Below are positions 58,512-64,000 of a stretch of 64,000 bases of DNA, in pieces. The translations under genes and the position numbers were made by a program. Every line of letters starts with the position of its first letter. The stretch's first letter is position 1. The notes beneath the pieces are model-generated. The model was not told the origin of the DNA and made no database searches. It saw nothing but the letters and a program-made list of their open reading frames with translations. The DNA comes from Candidatus Atabeyarchaeum deiterrae (lineage in GTDB: Archaea > Asgardarchaeota > Atabeyarchaeia > Atabeyarchaeales > Atabeyarchaeaceae), in assembly GCA_037310415.1 (NCBI GenBank), contig CP147780.1, positions 480,001 through 544,000 of the forward strand. Reading direction: 5' to 3'.

Positions 58512-59521
58512 CCCAAAGAAAGATATCGTTCTAGGAGTTCGTCCGAGAAAACCAACTGTACCTCTTCAGGCGTTAATACTGGCCTTTTGAAGTGCTCAGC
58601 CTCATCAATCGCTATTCTTGGGCAAGCGGTTATAACGAATGCGTCGACTTCTGCCAAAGATTCAAGGCGATCAGGGATGAGGTTATCGACACAGAGTAGG
58701 ATTGTTTCCTTGCCTTTTCTTTCTAGTTCCCTTCTGACGCCATCGGCCCTTTGAAGATCGAACTGCCCGAACTTCGTGCCCAATACAACCCCGAAAACGG
58801 TTGCAGACCTAGCAGCCATTACACTTGCATACCGTGACCTGAGAACGCGTCGAAGTAGCTCACCTGTTGTGTAAACTTCATTTGAGAACAAATCGATCAC
58901 AACAGAGTCTTTTCTGGTTGCCAAAGCCAATCCTATAGCGTGGAACTTCCCTCCCCCGATCAACACTAACCGTTCAACGCGACTTGAGATTGACTTTGCA
59001 GTTGAATAGTCGCAGCCAAGAATTTGTCCATCACAGGAGACCTTCCCAGTCGCCTTCCCTACTACCACTTTTAATCCGCGGCTCTCTAAGTACTCTCTCA
59101 CTTTAGGGAGTTCTCGAATGTGCTGAATCGTGGACAGAACGCCTATTCTTCTCGAATCACCAAGTAACTCTACAATTTTGGGCAGCATGGTTCGAACGTC
59201 CAGAGTGGCAAACGCTTCGACATATATGGTCGGCACGGAAGTCTTTGCTGGCCATGGTCCGTGACCATAGTGGATCAGAAGGTCAGCATTCAAACGTGAG
59301 GCGGCATTCACTGCAAGGTCACAAGCTCCGTAACAGGTGTCAAGGGATATGATGGTTTCAGCGCGAGTCTGTTCTTTGATTCTCTTGGCTATTCTCACAC
59401 AGTATTTGATTAACCCATCAGGAAACTGGAGAAGTACACGTTTGCTCTTCCTTGATTTGACTTCCTCAATCACTCTGTCTATCTCCAGATCATAGATTGA
59501 TGATTGTTCCAAGCTTTCCAT
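58508..59521 (-). CDS. dph2: Diphthamide biosynthesis enzyme Dph2
   Basis: LQFPDG, CYGACD, HYGH, GQILGC, GGGKFH, ACPRI. Confidence 0.95.
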   Translation of the reverse strand: MESLEQSSIYDLEIDRVIEEVKSRKSKRVLLQFPDGLIKYCVRIAKRIKEQTRAETIISLDTCYGACDLAVNAASRLNADLLIHYGHGPWPAKTSVPTIYVEAFATLDVRTMLPKIVELLGDSRRIGVLSTIQHIRELPKVREYLESRGLKVVVGKATGKVSCDGQILGCDYSTAKSISSRVERLVLIGGGKFHAIGLALATRKDSVVIDLFSNEVYTTGELLRRVLRSRYASVMAARSATVFGVVLGTKFGQFDLQRADGVRRELERKGKETILLCVDNLIPDRLESLAEVDAFVITACPRIAIDEAEHFKRPVLTPEEVQLVFSDELLERYLSLG

Positions 59522-59613
59522 ATTATGAGACCTTCTTACATTGATTGAATGCCAAGATAGGTATTCTTTAAAGTTTGGAAGGCTGCCTATCTAATGGGAG
59601 ATGATGCTGAACC

Positions 59614-60846
59614 ATGGAAATATCGGAGCTGTCTGCTTCGGTGATATGGGATTCGAAGGCGCGACCAACCATAAGGGTTGATCTGAAAGCTGATGGGATA
59701 AAGACTTTTGCTTGCGCGCCTTCTGGTACCAGCGTCGGGAAATTCGAAGCACAAGCTTTCCCAAAAGAAGGAGCAGAAAGGGCTGCGCTAATAGTCAACA
59801 AAGAGATCAGCAAGCAACTGACTGCCTTTGAGATAACCGATCTAGCAGAAGTTGACGACAAACTAAGGAGCATTGACGGGACGGACAACTTCAGTCGAAT
59901 TGGTGGAAACACAGCCATTGCTATCTCAACAGCCGTAGCCAAGGGCCTGTCTGAATTAGAAGGGAAGATGCTTTGTGAGTACTTATCAGAAAGGAGAGAA
60001 ATGAGGCTGCCATTTCCACTTAGTAACATCATCGGAGGAGGAAGACACACTATCGGCGATTCTCTGGACTTCCAAGAATTTCTGGTTATACCGATCGGCG
60101 CAAAAAACCTTGTGCAGGCTGCCACTTTCAACTCACAAGTTCACAAGGAAGTGGGTAACATGATAACCGAAAAACATCCAAGTTATGTATTGGGAAGAAA
60201 CGATGAAGGTGCTTGGGCAGCTCCTCTAAGAATCAGTGAGGCTCTCACTCTACTCGCATCTGCCCTAGAGAAGATTGAGAAGAATTCTGGAGTGAAGGGA
60301 AAAATCGGAATTGATGTAGCAGCGTCGGAGTTCTGGGATGGAAGAAGATACAAATATAAAAAGGAAGGGCAAGAACTCAACATCGATGGACAGGTAAACT
60401 ACATGGAGAAACTAGCTGAAGACTACCCAGTAATTTACCTTGAAGATCCTTTTGAAGAGAATGATTTTGACGCCTTCAGCAAGCTCAACCAAGAAGCGCG
60501 CGGTAAGTTCCTCGTGGTTGGTGACGACCTTATTGTGACTAATCCAAAGCGGTTGGAGGCAGCTATTATTAAGCACTCAATAAGTGGCGCTATCATCAAA
60601 CCTAATCAAATCGGCACTCTCACGGATGTCAAGACAACAGTGGAAATGGCGAGTAAGAATCACATTGTCCCAGTCGCTTCTCATCGCTCTGGGGAAACTG
60701 TAGATACCTCTCTTGCTCACATAGCAGTAGGGTTGAATTGTTCAATATTGAAAATAGGGATATCGGGAAGCGAACGCTTAGAAAAGCTCAACGAACTGAT
60801 GAAGATAGAAAGATCGCTTCGCATCGGAATGGCGAAACTCTTCTAA
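59614..60846 (+). CDS. eno: Enolase
   Basis: APSG.S.G..EA, FQEF, DEG, DVAASEF, EDPF, GDDL, KPNQIGT, SHRSGET. Confidence 0.96.
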   Translation: MEISELSASVIWDSKARPTIRVDLKADGIKTFACAPSGTSVGKFEAQAFPKEGAERAALIVNKEISKQLTAFEITDLAEVDDKLRSIDGTDNFSRIGGNTAIAISTAVAKGLSELEGKMLCEYLSERREMRLPFPLSNIIGGGRHTIGDSLDFQEFLVIPIGAKNLVQAATFNSQVHKEVGNMITEKHPSYVLGRNDEGAWAAPLRISEALTLLASALEKIEKNSGVKGKIGIDVAASEFWDGRRYKYKKEGQELNIDGQVNYMEKLAEDYPVIYLEDPFEENDFDAFSKLNQEARGKFLVVGDDLIVTNPKRLEAAIIKHSISGAIIKPNQIGTLTDVKTTVEMASKNHIVPVASHRSGETVDTSLAHIAVGLNCSILKIGISGSERLEKLNELMKIERSLRIGMAKLF

Positions 60847-60919
60847 CCATTGGAATGAATGAGAAGGACATCACTATTGAGTCACTAGTAGAGTCGATTC
60901 CTCCTCGTTTACTCGGCTT

Positions 60920-61078
60920 CTACAGAGAGCGCCCACCTTTCTTGTTCCACACACGTATCAATGTGTCCTTCCTTACGGGGCATGCTCCTCCATGAAGCAT
61001 CTTGCAGTTCTCACAGTCTCGCCTTGTGAAACTTCCGTACGTGAACTCACATGGATAAGCCAACCACTTGTTCACCAT
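60920..61078 (-). CDS. Cys-rich microprotein (52 aa)
   Basis: Manual translation MVNKWLAYPCEFTYGSFTRRDCENCKMLHGGACPVRKDTLIRVWNKKGGRSL. Confidence 0.45.
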   Translation of the reverse strand: MVNKWLAYPCEFTYGSFTRRDCENCKMLHGGACPVRKDTLIRVWNKKGGRSL

Positions 61079-61145
61079 TTCAATCCCTTAGGGAGAAATC
61101 GATATATATACTTTCCAAAGGTCGATAGAATACGTGCATAGTCCA

Positions 61146-61424
61146 CTAGCTCAACTCTGGTATGAATCTGCCATTCAGATCGCGTCTCATTATTTTCTCT
61201 TTTCTTTTTCTTATTGCTAGAACAAGTGGGGTCTGATAATGTATGGCAGATTCGCAGTGCTCAGTATCTGTTAGAATTACGGTTTTCCCATGCATACCCT
61301 TGTTCCTGGCCTCGACTATGCAGATATGACACCATTTCTCCATTAATCTATCTCCCCCTTTTTGCCAAGAATCAGATTCAAAAGATCCAATAACCGGCCG
61401 ATTTTGCCGAGGGAAAGAAAGCAC
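61146..61424 (-). CDS. Small hypothetical protein (CxxC...HC; RDxxGRF tail); start likely MEKWC near 61343
   Basis: ORF track; AGGGGGAG SD-like sequence before MEKWC. Confidence 0.5.
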   Translation of the reverse strand: MLSFPRQNRPVIGSFESDSWQKGGDRLMEKWCHICIVEARNKGMHGKTVILTDTEHCESAIHYQTPLVLAIRKRKEKIMRRDLNGRFIPELS

Positions 61425-61606
61425 CGCTCTCTAATACCACTTGGATTGCTTTCATTGATTGCTCCAACTTCCATTAGCTTGAGTACCTCTGAAAGGCACA
61501 TCACGAGTTCTTCAACAACTGCCGAAGATATGTTGACAGTCTCATCTGCGAGTGTTACCAGATCGGCGCCTGACGTTTTCTGCGTTGGCAGAATGGTTTG
61601 AGACAC
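61343..61606 (-). CDS. Small hypothetical helical protein
   Basis: 87-aa ORF abutting the next gene. Confidence 0.5.
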   Translation of the reverse strand: MSQTILPTQKTSGADLVTLADETVNISSAVVEELVMCLSEVLKLMEVGAINESNPSGIRERCFLSLGKIGRLLDLLNLILGKKGEID

Positions 61607-61699
61607 TTCGTTCCACCGATTCTGGATTAGAATCCAGCATTAGTATATAGCAACGGGGGGAGACTTTCATAGAAGTGAACATTTATCTTGATAATGTGG

Positions 61700-61957
61700 C
61701 TATCCCAGCCAATCACCAAGAGTTTGTTCCTCTTGCCTCAATAAGCGAATCCTTCTGAATACTTCTCTCATCACGCCTCTGTCGTATCCACAGAGGCGAT
61801 AAATTGCCTTCTTGCTGAGTTTCCTACCCTTCTTCTCAGAATCGATGATTCTTTGAGCGACCGCAGCAACGTCAACCATGAGGGCCGTCCACCAAACGAA
61901 AACCTGCTTTCTCTTGGACTCCAGGTCGTAGTTGACCTTATCAGAGTCCCCTTTCAC
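61700..61957 (-). CDS. Small hypothetical protein, possible HTH
   Basis: LSKKAIYRLCGYDRGVMREVFRRI; GGTGA SD. Confidence 0.55.
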   Translation of the reverse strand: MKGDSDKVNYDLESKRKQVFVWWTALMVDVAAVAQRIIDSEKKGRKLSKKAIYRLCGYDRGVMREVFRRIRLLRQEEQTLGDWLG

Positions 61958-61995
61958 AGAACTATCTCACCAAGTCCGCTTCTTAAGTAATTTCC

Positions 61996-62313
61996 CTAGT
62001 CAATCATAACACACTCTTTCCTGCACCTGGCGACGCAGTAATTACAGGCTTCGGTTCCCAATAGAATAGAACAGAGCTCTTTGAGCAGTTGGTCGCCGAA
62101 TGGGGGAGAACCATTATGGAGATAGTCCTTGAACTCCGCAAACCATGACGGACTGAAGTACCGATGCTGAACAGCCAAGCTACACGCCTCTTTTCTCACT
62201 ATTTCTGCAGTTATCCACCATCTTTTCTTTCCAGTTCTCCCAGAAGGTCTTCCGCTTTGAGCCTCGACCAACAATCTCTCCACCCTATGGGCATACCTCA
62301 ACCAAGTAGGCAA
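61996..62313 (-). CDS. Small hypothetical Cys-rich protein
   Basis: C-terminal CxxC...C...C. Confidence 0.45.
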   Translation of the reverse strand: MPTWLRYAHRVERLLVEAQSGRPSGRTGKKRWWITAEIVRKEACSLAVQHRYFSPSWFAEFKDYLHNGSPPFGDQLLKELCSILLGTEACNYCVARCRKECVMID

Positions 62314-62367
62314 CTAGTAGGAGCAAAACGAATAGTACCTACATTATGGGAATCCAACACCGTACCG

Positions 62368-63135
62368 CTATGGGGGAATACCAGTTAGGCGTAAGCTTAG
62401 AAGATCGCCTGTCACGATAGAACAGAAGAGCGACAACGCGAGTACAGCTGTCACGGGGATCCTAAGCGGGTACCAGATCATAATATCTAGGTCATCTGGA
62501 ACAGTCAGTCCATGACTTTTCAAGGCTGAAGCACGACGCTTGAAGCTATCTGTGACAGGAACGGACGATACAATAATCAGCCACTTTGGCGCGGAAATGG
62601 ATTTATTGTCGGGATCTTTTCCGAAACGGGTTCTCCTGTATGCGCAGAGAAGTACCAGATTCCGCCCTCTCTCATAATTCGAGAATGGTATGTTCTTCTT
62701 TCTGAGGAAACTGAACAGAAGATTCTCCAAGAAATTCAGAACGAAGATGAGTGACAAGAACATGACAAGATTTATTGTCGCGGAGATAGGTGTAAGCAAT
62801 ACACCTTTAGACAGACCAGATAAAGGAAGTATTGTTGGAACATAGAGTGACAGAAAAATCAATGCCTTCGCGTCAGCACCACCGAATACTCCAATCCTAA
62901 AGAGAGCCAACGAGATCAGGATAGCTACGAAACAGGAAAAGAGTGTTGTAAGAAGGATCTCGATTCCTTCATAAGTCAGCCACCTGAGAAAAAATGATGC
63001 ACAACCCCCAATCAAGGCAAGAAGCCAAAGCCTGTCTGGGACGAAACCGGTTCTCAAATCGAACCAAGATGCAAATACTAGCAGCAAGAAACACAGCAAA
63101 ACCGGCAACACATCTGAACATGGGCTTATAACCAA
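62368..63135 (-). CDS. Prepilin/prearchaellin peptidase (A24, PibD/FlaK-like)
   Basis: ASWFDLRT..VPD..W, FGGADAKAL, C-terminal W....IP. Confidence 0.9.
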   Translation of the reverse strand: MVISPCSDVLPVLLCFLLLVFASWFDLRTGFVPDRLWLLALIGGCASFFLRWLTYEGIEILLTTLFSCFVAILISLALFRIGVFGGADAKALIFLSLYVPTILPLSGLSKGVLLTPISATINLVMFLSLIFVLNFLENLLFSFLRKKNIPFSNYERGRNLVLLCAYRRTRFGKDPDNKSISAPKWLIIVSSVPVTDSFKRRASALKSHGLTVPDDLDIMIWYPLRIPVTAVLALSLFCSIVTGDLLSLRLTGIPP

Positions 63136-63282
63136 CTAGGATATCACCGATAATGCGTAGAGGACCAATGTATTTTAGATACACTAAGAATGATTCAACG
63201 CTTTACTTTGAGAGGCTATGCACAGCAGAAGAAAGAGATAATATGTGAATGCTCATAACAAGATTAGAAGAGAAAAGGCAGA

Positions 63283-63834
63283 GTGACAGTTTTGGGAGAC
63301 AGGAGTAACAGATCATACAAATTCTATCAAATGGAGATGACACTCGACAGAATTAGGCTCATTCAAGTCAAGAAAGTTCCTAGTTTGACAATAAGAAACT
63401 ACCACGCGAGTGACGCGAAAGGGCTTGTTAGAGTATTCAACAGCGTATTCTTGGGAAGCAATGACCCAATTCCCCGGATATCCGAGCAGGATCTGGGCGA
63501 TTTGCCTTCCGATAGAATATTGCTAGCAGAATCAGAGGGAGAAACTGTGGGGTTCCTCATGTGTGGAATCAAGACTTTGGAAGGAGAGGTTGTCGGCGTA
63601 ATTGGTTATGTGGGAGTTATCAGTAAGTGGCGTAGAAAAGGAGTGGCAACTCTTCTGGCAGTTGAAGCCGGGAGATACTTCTTAAAGAATAGATTGAAGA
63701 AGGTAATCTGCGAAGTATACTATCTCAACAAGAATTCTTACAAGTTCATTGAGAGCTTTGGCTTCAGCCAGACCGCAACGATCTACGTTCCAGTCGAGGA
63801 TGTTGTGAAGTCGCTCTATAGAGTGAAACTGTAA
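63283..63834 (+). CDS. GNAT-family N-acetyltransferase
   Basis: VGV...WRRKGVAT.L, N..S..F....GF. Confidence 0.9.
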   Translation: MTVLGDRSNRSYKFYQMEMTLDRIRLIQVKKVPSLTIRNYHASDAKGLVRVFNSVFLGSNDPIPRISEQDLGDLPSDRILLAESEGETVGFLMCGIKTLEGEVVGVIGYVGVISKWRRKGVATLLAVEAGRYFLKNRLKKVICEVYYLNKNSYKFIESFGFSQTATIYVPVEDVVKSLYRVKL

Positions 63835-63887
63835 ATCCGAAACGGTCATATGCGAATAGCTGCAATCAGCCTGATCTGAGACCCATC

Positions 63888-64000
63888 CTAGCTAGTTGGC
63901 TGCTGCAGGTTGTGAGTTATTAGCGTCCTAATTAGGGCCTTGAATGTCTGAAGCAGACCGATTCCTAAAACGGAAATGGTTTCGTATATTTGGAACTTTT
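63888..64000 (-). CDS. 3' end of a probable small GTPase (runs off the window end)
   Basis: KFQIYETISVLGIGLLQTFKALIRTL resembles the G5 plus alpha5 region (ETSA..G.G....F..L). Confidence 0.5.
   Translation of the reverse strand, partial: KFQIYETISVLGIGLLQTFKALIRTLITHNLQQPTS

Noticed and set aside
1-64000. CRISPR array or rRNA
   Set aside because: No regularly spaced 25-40 bp repeats and no rRNA-like sequence seen; the CARF-like gene has no cas neighbours.

Overview
Chromosomal segment of an Asgard archaeon (the lineage cannot be fixed from sequence alone). The assignment rests on an archaeal informational core together with eukaryotic-signature genes: a Lokiactin-type actin, a tandem ESCRT-III pair (Vps2/24/46- and Vps20/32/60-like), a Rab-like small GTPase, a roadblock/LC7 protein, a presenilin-like protease and a GET3-like ATPase. 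Most of the window is housekeeping: translation and ribosome biogenesis (aIF2beta, aIF1A, aIF5A, Nmd3, Rio1, Pno1, Nob1, KsgA, Pus10, TruD, Dph2, SRP54, L21e/L38e/L40e), replication and transcription (PCNA, GINS, RPA-like subunits, TFS, Rpo4, Rpo11), lipid synthesis, SucCD, AhcY and enolase. Main accessory features: (1) a ~7.85 kb element at ~10570-18427, bounded by a 10-bp direct repeat, with a tyrosine integrase whose first catalytic Arg appears replaced by Asp, six small multi-pass membrane proteins, several unannotated microproteins and two strand-specific structured non-coding regions, but no capsid, packaging ATPase or Rep that I can recognise; (2) three tRNA genes with two introns each, mostly at non-canonical positions, where tRNA-Glu encodes C at the normally invariant U33 and U55; (3) a wHTH-CARF-like regulator head-to-head with the actin gene; (4) a TM + degenerate HEPN-like protein just downstream of the ESCRT-III pair. 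No CRISPR array or rRNA was seen. All family calls come from visual motif recognition, not database searches.
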